Below, piece after piece: positions 12,594-25,549 of a stretch of 42,777 nt of DNA. The notes below the pieces were generated by a model. That model saw only the letters and a list, made by a program, of their open reading frames with translations, was not told the origin of the DNA and did no database searches. The stretch's first letter is position 1. Each line of letters opens with the position of its first letter. Origin of the DNA: Octopus sinensis. Taxonomy: Eukaryota. The position numbers and the translations under genes were made by a program. The DNA lies in contig NW_021834658.1 in assembly GCF_006345805.1 (NCBI RefSeq), forward strand, positions 1 through 42,777, written 5' to 3'.

Positions 12594-12720
12594 TATTATT
12601 ATTATTATGTTTGACTTTTGCTTTACATTTATACAAATTGTACAAATCTCACAAGTCTCACCCAGAGACCTCAAGAAACAAGTTGGAAGTTCATGTTGGC
12701 GTTGGTGTTGGTGTGCTCAT

Positions 12721-12780
<60 letters not shown>

Positions 12781-12985
12781 GTTTGACATTTGCTTTACAT
12801 TTGTACAAGTTGTACAAATCTCACAAGTCTCACCCAGAGACCTCAAGAAACAACAAGTTGGAAGTTCATGTTGGCAATGGTGTTGGTGTTGCTCATGTTA
12901 TTATATTATATTATTATTATTTAGTTATTATTATTATTATTATATTATTATTATTATTATTATATTATTATTATTATTATTATTA

Positions 12986-13023
<38 letters not shown>

Positions 13024-13361
13024 CATTTTATATGTTTGACTTATGCTTTACATTTATACAAATTGTACAAATCTCACAAGTCTCACCCAGAGACCTCAAG
13101 AAACAAGTTGGAAGTTCATGTTGGCGTTGGTGTTGGTGTTGCTCATGTTATTATTATTATTTATTATTATTATTATTATTATATTATATTATTATTATTT
13201 TATTATTATTATTATTATTATATGTTTGACTTTTGCTTTACATTTGTAAGTGTTGTACAAATCTCCAAGTCTCACCCAGAGACCTCAAGAGAAAACAAGT
13301 TGGAAGTTCAAGTTGGCGTTGGTGTTGGTGTTGCTCATATTATTATTATTATATATTATTA

Positions 13362-13436
<75 letters not shown>

Positions 13437-13819
13437 TATTATTATGTTTGACTTATGCTTTACATTTATACAAGTTGTACAATCTCACAAGTCTCACCCA
13501 GAGACCTCAAGAAACAAGTTGGAAGTTCATGTTGGCGTTGGTGTTGGTGTTGCTCATGTATTATTATTATTATTATTCATTATTATTATTATTTATTATT
13601 ATTATTATTAATATTATTATTATTATTATATTATTATTATTATTATTATTATTATATTATTATTATCATTATTATATGTTTGACTTATGCTTACATTTAT
13701 ACAAATTGTACAAATCTCACAAGTCTCACCCAGAGACCTCAAGAAACAAGTGGAAGTTCATGTTGGCGCGTTGGTGTTGGTGTTGCTCAGTTATATTATT
13801 ATTATTATTATTATTATTA

Positions 13820-13866
<47 letters not shown>

Positions 13867-13996
13867 GTTTGACTTTTGCTTTACATTTGTACAAGTTGTA
13901 CAAATCTCACAGTCTCACCCAGAGACCTCAAGAAACAGTTGGAAGTTCAAGTTGGCGTTGGTGTTGGTGTTGCTCATGTTATTATTATTATTATTA

Positions 13997-14032
<36 letters not shown>

Positions 14033-14170
14033 TATTATTATTATTATTATTATATGTTTGACTTATGCTTTACATTTATACAAGTTGTACAAATCTCACA
14101 AGTCCCACCCAGAGACCTCAACAAACAACAAGTTGGAAGTTCATGTTGGCGTTGGTGTTGGTGTTGCTCA

Positions 14171-14172
<2 letters not shown>
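10091..14172 (-). repeat. Satellite: 19 copies of a ~115-bp unit separated by variable (ATT)n tracts
   Basis: Unit ATGTTTGAC.T.TGCTTTACATTT.TACAA.TTGTACAAATCTCACAAGTCTCACCCAGAGACCTCAAGAAACAAGTTGGAAGTTCATGTTGGCGTTGGTGTTGGTGTTGCTCATG. Approximate starts: 10091, 10330, 10578, 10819, 11151, 11364, 11567, 11805, 12000, 12183, 12411, 12607, 12779, 13032, 13222, 13444, 13676, 13865, 14054. Confidence 0.95.
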
Positions 14173-14218
<46 letters not shown>

Positions 14219-14286
14219 CATCATCATCATCATCATTATTATTATTATTATTAATATTATTATTATTATTATCATCATCATTATTA

Positions 14287-14361
<75 letters not shown>

Positions 14362-14391
14362 TATTATTATTATCATTATCATTATTATTAT

Positions 14392-14906
14392 TGAGTGAGG
14401 GAGCAGTTCATGCCATCGAAGTGACACTGGGGTAAAATATGCGAAGCCCAGTATACCCATCATGACTACCCGTCTGATAAGGGTACACCAGGCACATGCA
14501 TCACAACCATATGTGCGCGACATGGTGATCTCATATCAAGATAAACAGCGCATGACCTCGCAGGTGGGGCCCAGTTAGAATTTTCTTCAGGTTGAGTAGC
14601 CCTTCCCGCTCAAAAGGTCCCTGAACTAGGGTTGTTTATGGATGTTGAAAGAACCACCCATGTTTCCAGAGGTGAATTATTCAAACCCCAAAGAATCCCT
14701 CTCAACACATGGCTATGATGCTCCCCCACTACTTCTGCTCGTGATCAGAGATGCACATATCGTCAGCCACTAAGGGACATGCTCAACTGGTTAAGCTCAA
14801 ACAACTGACAAGCAAATCTGTGGTATTGAGCAGAATATTTGTTGTAGCCCATCTTTTATACAAGACAAAACAATGTACATGATAACTTCCAATCAGTTAA
14901 GATCAG
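14392..14906 (-). mobile_element. Interspersed repeat, probably a 5'-truncated non-LTR 3' UTR with an (AAT)n tail; older partial copy at ~17830-17995
   Basis: A 515-bp complex block embedded in (ATT)n. 14680-14850 aligns by eye with 17830-17995. Contains rearranged hammerhead motifs. Confidence 0.65.
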
Positions 14907-15030
14907 TTATTATTATATCATTATATATTATTATTATTATTATTATTATATTATTATTATTTATTATTATGATTATTATTATTATGCTTATTTATTATTA
15001 TTATTATTATTATCATCCTCATCATCATCG

Positions 15031-15073
<43 letters not shown>

Positions 15074-15120
15074 GATTATTATTATTATTATTATTATTAT
15101 TATCATCCTCATCATCATCG

Positions 15121-15162
<42 letters not shown>

Positions 15163-15257
15163 TATTATTATTATGATTATTATTATTATTATTATTATCA
15201 TCCTCATCATCATCGTCATTATTATTATTATTATTATTATCATCCTCATCATCATCG

Positions 15258-15323
<66 letters not shown>

Positions 15324-15489
15324 TATTATATTATTATTATTTTATCATCCTCATCATCATCGTCATTATTATTATTTATTATTATTATTATTATTATCAT
15401 ATATTATATTATTATTATTTATTAATTATTATTATGATTATTTATTATATTTATTATCATCCTCATCATCATCGTCATATTATTATTTA

Positions 15490-15552
<63 letters not shown>

Positions 15553-15751
15553 TATTATTATTATTATTATCATCCTCATCATCATCGTCATTATTATTAT
15601 TATTATATATCATTATTATTATATTATTATTATATTATTATTATTATGATATTATTATTATTATTATTATTATCATCTCTCATCATCATCGTCATTATTA
15701 TTATTATTATTATTATTATTTATAATCCTCATCATCATCGTCATATTATTA

Positions 15752-15795
<44 letters not shown>

Positions 15796-15863
15796 CATCA
15801 TCCTCATCATCATCGTCATTATATTATTATTATTATTATCATTATATTATTATTATTATTTCA

Positions 15864-15899
<36 letters not shown>

Positions 15900-16109
15900 C
15901 ATCCTCATCATCATCGTCATTATTATTATTATTATTATTATCATTATTATTATTATTATTATCATTATTATTATTATTATATCATTATTATTATATATTA
16001 TTATTATATTATTTTTTATTATTAGTATCATCCTATCATCATCGTCATTATTATTATTATTTCATTATTATTATATATTATTATTATCATTATTATTATT
16101 ATTAGATTA

Positions 16110-16157
<48 letters not shown>

Positions 16158-16315
16158 TATATTATTATTATTATCATCTCATCATCATCGTCATTATTAT
16201 ATTATTATTATATCATTATTATTATCATTATTATTATTATCATTATTATTATCATTATTATTATTATTATCATTATTATTATTATTATTATCATTATTAT
16301 TATTATTATTATTAT
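14907..16315. repeat. (ATT)n tract with about 13 interspersed CATCCTCATCATCATCGTCATT motifs
   Basis: Directly visible compound micro/minisatellite. Confidence 0.9.
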
Positions 16316-17030
16316 TCAATATTTGATAGTTTCAGGAAAGTTCCTACTGTATCACCTCCGTGTTGCTGAGATAAGTGTAGTATTGTGTATTCTTTTTTTG
16401 TTGTTGGGGGAGTACAAACACTTCCCGGTGTTGTATTGCATCATTATATTGCCATGGAGGCTTGTCTGCCATCGTTTTGCTTGTATTGTGAGTTGTGTTC
16501 ATCCGTTGAGTATCCCACCCGTAGAATTCATGTTGTGGTGGTTGTTTACTTTATTGAAGATTTACTGTATAGGGTGTGTCTTGTGTCTGTGCATTGTTCT
16601 ATTTGTTCTGTTTAATCGGGAGTGTCTTGCGTAGGATGTGGACTGTTCATAGCAGAGCTATTGTTTGGAATGTGTGTAGTGCTGAAGGTCAAGGTCCGAG
16701 TATAGCTTCTACATTTTTGTTCAGGTGTTTTTAAACCATGCCTAATGCTTCAATAATTACTGGTATTGTTTTCACTGTCATGCTCCACATCTTGAAAAAT
16801 TTCAATTTCGAGGTGTTCGTAATTTGACAATTTTCTCACTTCTTTTTGGACAATATTTTGGTCAGAAGGGATTGTAATGTCTATCAGTAGCCAAGTGGGG
16901 TTTTTTTTTATCTTCAGTCCTTTATTATTACCTGTGGGCGTTTAGCTTTGCTTTCTTTGTCAGCTTGAACAGGCATATTCCAGATGATCGCGACCTGTTT
17001 ATTGTCATGTTTATAGCATTTCTTATTAAT
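16316..17030 (-). mobile_element. Second, older R4/Dong-clade 3' fragment (RLE domain plus ~300-bp 3' UTR running into (AAT)n)
   Basis: Translation VAIIWNMPVQADKESKAKRPQVIIKD..LLIDITIPSDQNIVQKEVRKLSNYEHLEIEI..KMWSMTVKTIPVIIEALGMV..HILRKTL, with stops and frameshifts. Confidence 0.85.
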
Positions 17031-17060
17031 GTTGACATATTGCACAGTGGATGTACTCCT

Positions 17061-17286
17061 TTTACTCTTTTACTTGTTTCAGTCATTTGACTGCGGCCAT
17101 GCTGGATCACCGCCTTTAGTCGAGCAGATCGACCCTAGTACTTATTCTATCAGTCTGTTTTGCCGAACCGCTAAGTTACGGAGACGTAAACACACAACTA
17201 TCGTTCGTCAAGCGATGTTGGGGGACAAACACAGACACACATAGACATAGACACACACACACACACACACACACCACACACACACG

Positions 17287-17362
<76 letters not shown>

Positions 17363-17495
17363 ACCGTCTCCCAAATCCACTCACAAGGCTTTGGTTGGCC
17401 CGAGGCTATAGTAGAAGATATTTGCCCAAGGTTCCACGCAGCGGGAATGAACCCAGAACCATGTGGTTGGTAAGCAAGCTACCTACCACACAGCT
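17061..17495 (-). mobile_element. tRNA-derived SINE family B with internal (CA)/(TA) microsatellite
   Basis: Reverse complement of the copy at 39246-39601. Confidence 0.85.
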
Positions 17496-18019
17496 ACTAT
17501 TTTCTCAGTCATGTTCTGCTTTTCATCTTTTCTACTTTTTATGTGAGTGTCTGGTTCGATTTTATGCTGTTAGAAAAGAAGTTGGCCGAGATATGACCAG
17601 CATATCAAATATAGAGTAAATGGCAGTATTTGAGCCACGAGATTCAGTTCGATCTGGAAGACCAGAAAATACATCATGCAGTAAAATGCAGTGTCCCAGT
17701 TACAAGTAATAGGAACGCTGTGGAACAAGATTTTCGTCCTTGGGTAGCAACTGTTATTTCCTATTTGCTTACCCCTAGAAAGTATGAAAAATGGCTAATA
17801 TTTCCTTCTAGCTTCATTTTTCTTACATTTATTCAAACCTCAAAGAATCACCCTTAACCCATGGCTCTAATACTCCCTCAATACTCCTCCTCATGGTCAG
17901 AAATGCATAAATTGTCAGCATAAGAGACATGTTCAAGTGGTTAAGATTAAGCAACTGACAAACAAATGTGTGTTATTGCGTAGAATATTTGCTATATATT
18001 CATTATCATGCCGACGTCG

Positions 18020-18365
18020 ACTTATTCCCGTGAGAATTGGAGTAAAGACAACTTATGGAACTACAGTTGTCTTTTATAGAGTCGCTTTTGGACCATAATA
18101 AGAAATTCTTGGTGCCACCATATCAGGAATGAAGAAGTCAGAAAGAGTCAGTCTAAGTAGCATACATCTATGTTGCTCGAGTTCCCATGAACAAATCAGT
18201 GAGAACCTCTCTAGAATGGAAGCCAGAGAGGGAATGTAGGAAGCGAGGCAAACCTACCAAGATGTGTGTGAGAACTGGTGGAGGATTAGGCTCATGACAG
18301 TGCTTGTGACTAAGACCTCTCATTGCCCGATACGCCATAGTGAAGCCGGGGATATTAAGATTAGC
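18020..18365 (+). mobile_element. Decayed RTE-clade LINE 3' fragment
   Basis: HIRNEEVRK..YVARVPMNKSVRTSLEWKPERECRKRGKPTK resembles the RTE C-terminal signature HVxRM..W.P.G.R.RGRP. Confidence 0.65.
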
Positions 18366-18639
18366 TAGCAATAAGTATTTCATCTCTTTCCATCGAATGA
18401 TTCTACCAAAAAACGATAGCCTTCCACCTTAGGGCAAACTGCAAACACTTATCCTTATCACAACTAAAGATAATCCCGCAAACGTTACAATGTTGTCACT
18501 GCTTACATCTTTGATTAGCTTCTATCCAATTTGATAAAGAGAAACCAGCAAACTAAGGCACTTGACCAATGTATTAATGATGAGTGCACTTTCAGCTATC
18601 CAGCATCTTATACTTCACTGCCCGATGTAACATTACTCA

Positions 18640-18875
18640 GCGAGGCTGTATGTGGTCAGCCGGCTTCATGGATATAAAAGCCAAATTATCACCCAATTTA
18701 CATCCCACAGTCTTCAAAATGCTCAGGATGTGTTAGATGAAGGAGTCTTAGGTATACATATTTAGAAGAAGTTAAGGTATGAGCATATCCGGGACACGTT
18801 TGATCATAGCTCTGCTCAATTAACGTTGATTTAATGCTAAACAACAACAGCATCAACAACAACAACAACAACAAC
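18640..18875 (+). mobile_element. Old SINE-like repeat with (AAC)n tail; relatives at ~32215-32395 + and ~28600-28870 -
   Basis: Shared degenerate blocks (GGTCA.CC.GC..., A.AGCCAA, TGATCAT/GATCAA) ending in AACAAC. Confidence 0.45.
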
Positions 18876-19198
18876 TGCGCAACGGCAAAGACATTAGAGT
18901 CACAGTTAGAACACCGATCGAACCCGGATCTACGACGACAAAAACAACAAGTAATAAACGAGTTGTGTTGTTTGTCTCCTCTACGTCGCAGAGATCAATG
19001 GGATCGATATCTCTCCAGTGATGTCATTATTTCACTATTTGATTGGGTATCGATCCAACCCACCTCATATGTTCAGGCAGAACAATAGTCTTTAAACTTC
19101 AAAGACTATATTTTTAATGCACAAAAGACAGAGAATATTGAAAATAAACATATAAATATGTACCCACATGCATACATGCTTACGTATATATATCATAA

Positions 19199-19234
<36 letters not shown>

Positions 19235-19799
19235 GTGTGTGTGTGTGAGTGTAAATAAATAGATAGATATATTCTATCTATTTACATATGCATATATATT
19301 ATGTATGTATATATATATATAGAGAGAGAAAGAGAGATAAACATATCTATACATAAATATAATACATACATAACTGTGAGGGCGTATAAGAGTTGTGAGT
19401 GTATATGAGTGTGTATAAAGTTGAAGAATATATTCACATCTGAATTGTATAACTACGCTACACAAATATAATAAATATACAAAGACACACACGCACGCAT
19501 ACACACCTAAATCCACACACATGCACACACACGCACACACACACACTTTCAGTGTTATATGTGTTTATCTACAGACCGTTTAAAGGCAAAATATAAGAAA
19601 GGATAAACAGAAAACAGGATATATCATTATCTGTCTCTCTGTCTATCTATCTACATGTGTGTGAGTGCGTGTGTGTTAGTTTGTGTGTGTGTGTGCGTGT
19701 TTGTGTAAGTGTATGTGCGTGCGTGTGTGTGAGTGTGTGTGCAGGTACGTATGTTCAAAATATCTGCAATAAAGAGGTTGTATTATATTCTGCTAATAG

Positions 19800-20100
19800 T
19801 AAAATAATAATATTACAGCAATAGATATCCCAAATAATTCAAAAACCGTTACTACAACCATCATCCATCTTTTTGTAACAAAGAAAAGTGGACACTTAAA
19901 TCACTTCATCAAAATACATATGGAAACTGAAAGACAAGCGAAATTTAGAAATTTAGGCTTCGATGAACCAAATATAGACTATATAGCATTGATTTCAAAA
20001 CTTCAAGTCTACGCACCTCATGACCTAAGATGATTACATCAATGAAAAACCTGAAATCTCTGCTAAATGCAAACATATAACAAATTTCCTTTGAATCGAT
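19800..20100 (+). mobile_element. Decayed Penelope-like GIY-YIG endonuclease C-terminal fragment
   Basis: Translations FKNRYYNHHPSFCNKEK, TSSKYIWKLKDK and KPEISAKCKH resemble the PLE motifs FKxRYxNH, TxLSxxIWxLK and ExxSKCRH. Confidence 0.7.
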
Positions 20101-21121
20101 GTTAAACGAACGATGGACAAAGTCAAATTATGATCCTTACAAGTATAGGCCGTCTTTCATTATTCGTATTTTTTGTTTCAGAAATGTGACTCAAATAATG
20201 TGTGACCATGAGCAGTGAGTTGGTTTGTGTTCTTATATTGTTTATCGTTGTTTTGACGCGAAGTGTTTGGTGTCTCAGGTGGGACGGGGGCAATCCCTGA
20301 TGAATTTAATCTTCAGATTGTTTACACTTGTAGATGTTTCCTTTTGTAAACCAAATGTGAAATGATTGTCCCTATCATGTTTGTGACATGTTTTGCTCTT
20401 CTATGAATTCTGTGAAATTTTTGCACGGGTTGTCTTATCTCAGTATCCTGGATTTGCTAGGTGTTATTTTAAATCTCTTGTCATCTGAAAAGTCTGGGCT
20501 ATTTAAATAAGGTTCGATTAGCTGTTCTACAGAGTCTAAACAATGGTACAACGATATGAGTGTGGTGTCAGCTGTGTACGCTGTGCATTAAACTGTCTTT
20601 AAGTTTTAGGAAGCCTAAGCTAAAAAGTGAAGGTAATATTACGGATCTTTTTTGTAATCGAGAAGGGGTCAAAATTGTGGTCTAGTTGGAAGGCGTGTAA
20701 ATTTCGATTTGGATTCTTGTAAAGATGTTAGCTTGGTGTTGAGGTGTAGGTCATTTACTTTCATTTGTGATTGTGACATGGGATGTGTAGCGGCCTTTAT
20801 AATTATTGCCGTTGATGATGCTAATTATTACATCGTCTTAGCGTTAGCTTTGCGGTTAACGTTACATACAAGTAGTTGCCATTTTCAAAAATTATTTTCC
20901 ATTATTTTTCTTTATTATTTCCTTATTTAGTAGTATGATGCTGAATTTACTTCATGTTATGTGTGGGTTTGCCATCGTCGGGAATCACACAGTTTTCTTT
21001 TAATACATTCTCCATCTTTTGTGTGTAATTGGGGTTGTATTTTGTTTTTGTTCCATTGTGTTACATGTTCTTTAGATGCGTCCATAATGACTTTGTTGAA
21101 TGGAAGTACTACAGTATCTCC

Positions 21122-21220
21122 TTGGCACTTCCTTTCATGTGCCCACTCCACATTAACATCCCAAGGCATCGTTAATCCAATAATAAATACGCTTTTTTGT
21201 CAAGTCAGACCATACAACAC
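21122..21220 (-). mobile_element. HERO/NeSL-like restriction-like endonuclease fragment
   Basis: VVWSDLTK / SVFIIGLTMPWDVNVEWAHERK (one frameshift) resembles the motif VLWS..K.V.IIELTVPWE.N...AHERK. Confidence 0.7.
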
Positions 21221-21421
21221 CTACATACACCAAGTCAGACCATACACACACACACATATATATACATATACATGCACACACACCAATATATATCATATAC
21301 AATATATATATATGTATATATATAATGTACGTACACACACTACATATACATACATATATATTTATATATAAGTATGTATATATATATGTGCATCTATATA
21401 AAGATATATATATACATACAT

Positions 21422-21508
<87 letters not shown>

Positions 21509-22751
21509 AGTAGGGCACACAGACACATGCTTGTATAAATACATGTCGTCATATATGGATACATATATATTAAATACATAATATATGTATATATATGTAT
21601 TATATGTAATGTATGTATGCATATCCCTGTATATATACATATATATATTTATATATACACATGCATATATATGTGTGTATGTATATGTATATATACATAT
21701 ATATGTATATATGTATATATAAATATGTGCACATATATATGTATGTGTATATATATATATACATATGTATGTATATAATATATATGTATATAATATATAT
21801 TTGTATATGTTTACATATATTTATATATGGGTGTATGTGTGTATGATCATTAATATGCTTTTCGTCGTGCATATGTGTATTATTTATATGATTGCATGAA
21901 TATATGAACCTAGTTTTGAATGGAGTTGTGTAACGCTTTAGTGAATTGAAGAAAGCAACACAGGAAACTTTCAATCTGTTTGATTCTTTACCATTTCAAT
22001 AGATAACTTTTCCAACATCACAGGAACTCATATTTCATGGCTGAGGACACCTGTATTCTTTCGTATCTTTCTTCTTTGACCTTTTCCACTTTAACATTTC
22101 GAGACTTACCTACGGCTAAATTGAACGTTTTATATTGCATGTCTCATCTGCTTATTGTTTTCGTTGTTGTTGTTTTTGTCACTTGCTGAGATTTGTGTTG
22201 TTGTTGCTGTTGTTGCTGCGGTGGTTTGGATGTGTTGGTATTGGTGTTGGTGTCGGGGTGGTGGTGATTGTGATGATGGCACTTGATGGCTGGCTGGCTG
22301 GTTAGTCGGTTGGTTGGCTGGCTGTTGTGTTTTTGAAATGGAAATTCTTTGTCTCTTATAGAAAATAGCGACACACCCCCTACACACTCACACACACCCT
22401 AATTGAAACTGGTGCATGAATACGTAGACGCACACAAACATGCATGGAGACAAAGACCAGGACATGCATTCGTACATGTACATACATACACATGAACACA
22501 TGTACAAACAAACACGCAAAATTATGTGGAAATACATACACTGACAAACATTTTGAGAAAAGGTGTTTGTGTTTATGCATACATACATACATACATACAC
22601 ACATACATACATACATACATTCATACATATGTATATGTACGTACCGAAGGGGATAAACAGAAAGAGCGAAGTTCATATAAAGAAGTGTGGAATCTTACGC
22701 GCACACTTGCATATAGGAAACATTTTTGAGCATCAAAATTCCAATAACAAT

Positions 22752-22765
22752 TACTACTACTACTA

Positions 22766-22819
<54 letters not shown>

Positions 22820-22889
22820 ATAATAATAATAATAATAATATTAATAATAATAAATAATAATAATATTAATAATAATAATAATAATAATA

Positions 22890-22935
<46 letters not shown>
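22752..22935. repeat. (ACT)n(AAT)n compound microsatellite
   Basis: Directly visible. Confidence 0.95.
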
Positions 22936-23014
22936 TTTAGCACGTTCGGGTGAGTGGGTAAGTTGAGTACATGGACGCTTATGTTTATTTGGTACTTATT
23001 TGATCGACCATGGC

Positions 23015-23243
23015 GTCAAGCAGGGCTGGGGACGAACACACGCACACACACACATACACAAACACACACACACACACTCATATATACGACGGGCTTCTTC
23101 CAGTTCCCGTCCACCAAATCCACTCACAAGACTTTGGTCGGCCCGAGGCTATAGCAAAAGGTACTTTCCCAAGGTTCCACGCAGCGGGACCGAACTCGGA
23201 CACATGTGGTTGGGAAGCAAGCTTCTTGCCACACAGCCACGTC
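23015..23243 (-). mobile_element. SINE family B, 5' half
   Basis: Matches the reverse complement of about 39246-39440. Confidence 0.85.
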
Positions 23244-24010
23244 TTCTATATTACCTATGTTCATGTGTGTGTGTGAAATGTTCATATTAATAATATTGAT
23301 GTGACGGTTGTGTAAACTAATCGGTGTGTCACTTCACCTGTTTATGGTGCTTCTGCTGTCGGACTCATCGATAGTCAATTTAAATAAATTCATGTAATTA
23401 ACTGGTTCATTATTCCATTGACCTTCGTAATGATGAAAATCAAAGTTCATCTCGGTGAGATTTGAACTTTTCTACGATACTCTCTACTACTGTCTCTATT
23501 CATTGCTCTCTTAAATTTCCAATCTAAACATAGAGTTGGCAAATGTACAATACGACCCAGTACTTGACTGGTACTTTAATTTATCAACTCCAAAGCAAAT
23601 TCAACCTGGACGGAATTTAAATTCAGGAAGTAATGAGCCGGAAGAAATATAATAAGGTATTTCTCCGACGCTCCAACGCTTTTACTAATTCACCGCTGTA
23701 TAATTATGGCTGTTGCAAGCATAATTGCAGTTTTCGTTATTTCAACCATTCATCTTCAGTTTCAAATGAACTGTTATCTAACTCTATGCTCGTAATATAA
23801 CATTTTGAAGGGACGATTTCGGTCTAATTACGGGGATGAACTGAAAAGTTCATAGGCTGACTATGAAGAAGTGACGCTACAGCTGTGAATTCTTGCATGC
23901 ATTAATTTCAACCCTTTTTATTAATAACTGCATTGGTTCTTTTCGGGTAAACTGACATCTGACTGTTCAAAGCAGACTACAAAAGTAATTAGTAGTGACT
24001 TCTCTTGAAA

Positions 24011-25102
24011 ATGAACAAAATTTGACATCGTGGTGTATTCAGGTACTTGCAGAAAAAGCGTTTAGCCTCGAAGGACATTCATGCTGACATGGTTGCTACA
24101 TTAGGGGATGATGCTCCAGCTTTATCAACAGTGCAGAAGTAGGCAATAGGATTTAAGAGGGGAAAGGGAGAGTCTTGAAGATGACCCAAGGTCTGGACGT
24201 CCTGAAACTGTCACCACCGAGGAGAACATTGATCGTGTTCACCACATGCTGATGGATGACAGACAATTTACTGTAAGTCAAATAGCTAATGCTATTATCA
24301 TATCTCGTAAGAGAGTTGAGAATATCCTTCACAATGAACTTGGCATGATGAAGGTTTCTGCTCCGTAGATTCTACGTCTTCTGACACCTGATCAAAAGTG
24401 CATCAGGCAGATCACATCACGGTAAAATTTGACATTGTTTGGAACAAATCCAGCTAGTTTCTTTGAAAGTTTCCTAACCCAGAACGAGTGTTTAGTTCAT
24501 CCCTTTGGCCAGGGACGAAGAGAATTTGTGCAGTTGTAACACTCCCTCACCTGCTCCAAAGAAGGCCTGGGTGGTTTTACGTGCGGAGAAGGTGATGGTC
24601 TGAGATTTTGAGGATGCAAAAGGTATTGTGTTTATTGACCATCTTCAAAAGGGCCACACCATCAATGGGGAGTCCTGTGCCAACTTGCTGAGACAGTTAT
24701 GAAATGCTATCAAAACCAAACACCCAGGAAAACTGACAAAAGAGACTCGTTCCATCAGGAAATGCTCCAGCACACAAGTAATTGGTTTCAATGGCTGCTA
24801 CGCATGACTATGGCTTTGAACTGGCTTTGAGCTGGCTTTGAACTAGCCTTGAGCTGGCTTTGAGCTGGCTTTGAACTGTGCCTATTCTCCTGATTTCATC
24901 GCGTTTGACTATCATCTGTTCCCCAACATAAGAAAAAAGACACTTGGCTGGCAACAAGTATCGTAGTGATAATGACGTCATATCTGCTGTTGATGAGGTT
25001 TTTTTTTACCAAGAAGATGAATACTTCTTCACCAATAGGATCCAAGCCCTGCAACATCGATAGAAGTGTGTGGACCACATGGGGGCTTATTTTGAAAAAT
25101 AA
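24011..25102 (+). pseudogene. Mariner transposase pseudogene
   Basis: MNKI*HRGVFRYLQKK..DIHADMVATLGDDAPALSTVQK*..SLEDDPRSGRP..HNELGMMKVSA..YSPDFIAFDYHLFPNI..YFEK*, with many stops and frameshifts. Confidence 0.9.
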
Positions 25103-25136
25103 ACCTCGTTTGGTAACATTCGATCCGAGTATCTTA

Positions 25137-25549
25137 ATTCTTTATTGCCCACTGGGGTCTAAACATAGAGGGGACAAACAAGGACAGGCAAACGGATTAA
25201 GTCGATTACATCGACCCCAATGCGTAACTGGTACTTAATTTATCGACCCCGAAAGGATGAAAGGCAAAGTCGATGTCGGTGGAATTTGAACTCAGAAGGT
25301 AACGGCAGACGAAATACCTATTTCTTTACTACCCACAAGGAGATAAACACGGAGAGGACGAACAAGGACAGTCAAACGGATTAAGTCGATTATATCGACC
25401 CCAGTGCGTAACTGGTACTTATTTAGTCGACCCCGAAAGGATGAAAAGGAAATTCGACCTCGGCGGAATTTGAACTCAGAACGTAACGGCAGGCGAAATA
25501 CCGCTAAGCATTTCGCCCGGCGTGCTAACGCTTCAGCCAGCTCGCCGCC
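25137..25549 (-). mobile_element. Tandem pair of family A SINEs (5'-truncated 25137-25318 and complete 25319-25549)
   Basis: Minus strand reads GGCGGCGAGCTGGC.. head, B box GTTCAAATTCC, a TTCATCCTTTCGGGGTCG..AAGTACCAG core (resembles the MetaSINE domain) and an A-rich tail. Confidence 0.9.

Noticed and set aside
10091-14172. CRISPR-like repeat-spacer appearance
   Set aside because: Repeats are ~115 bp, spacers are (ATT)n microsatellite rather than unique sequence, there are no cas genes, and the context is eukaryotic.
9859-16326. Long ORFs of up to 450 aa rich in I, L and Y
   Set aside because: They are translations of (ATT)n tracts and the satellite, which are stop-poor on this strand.
20281-20310. 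GGGA..TCCCTGATGA hammerhead-like box
   Set aside because: No matching GAAA/helix III or valid NUH found nearby.
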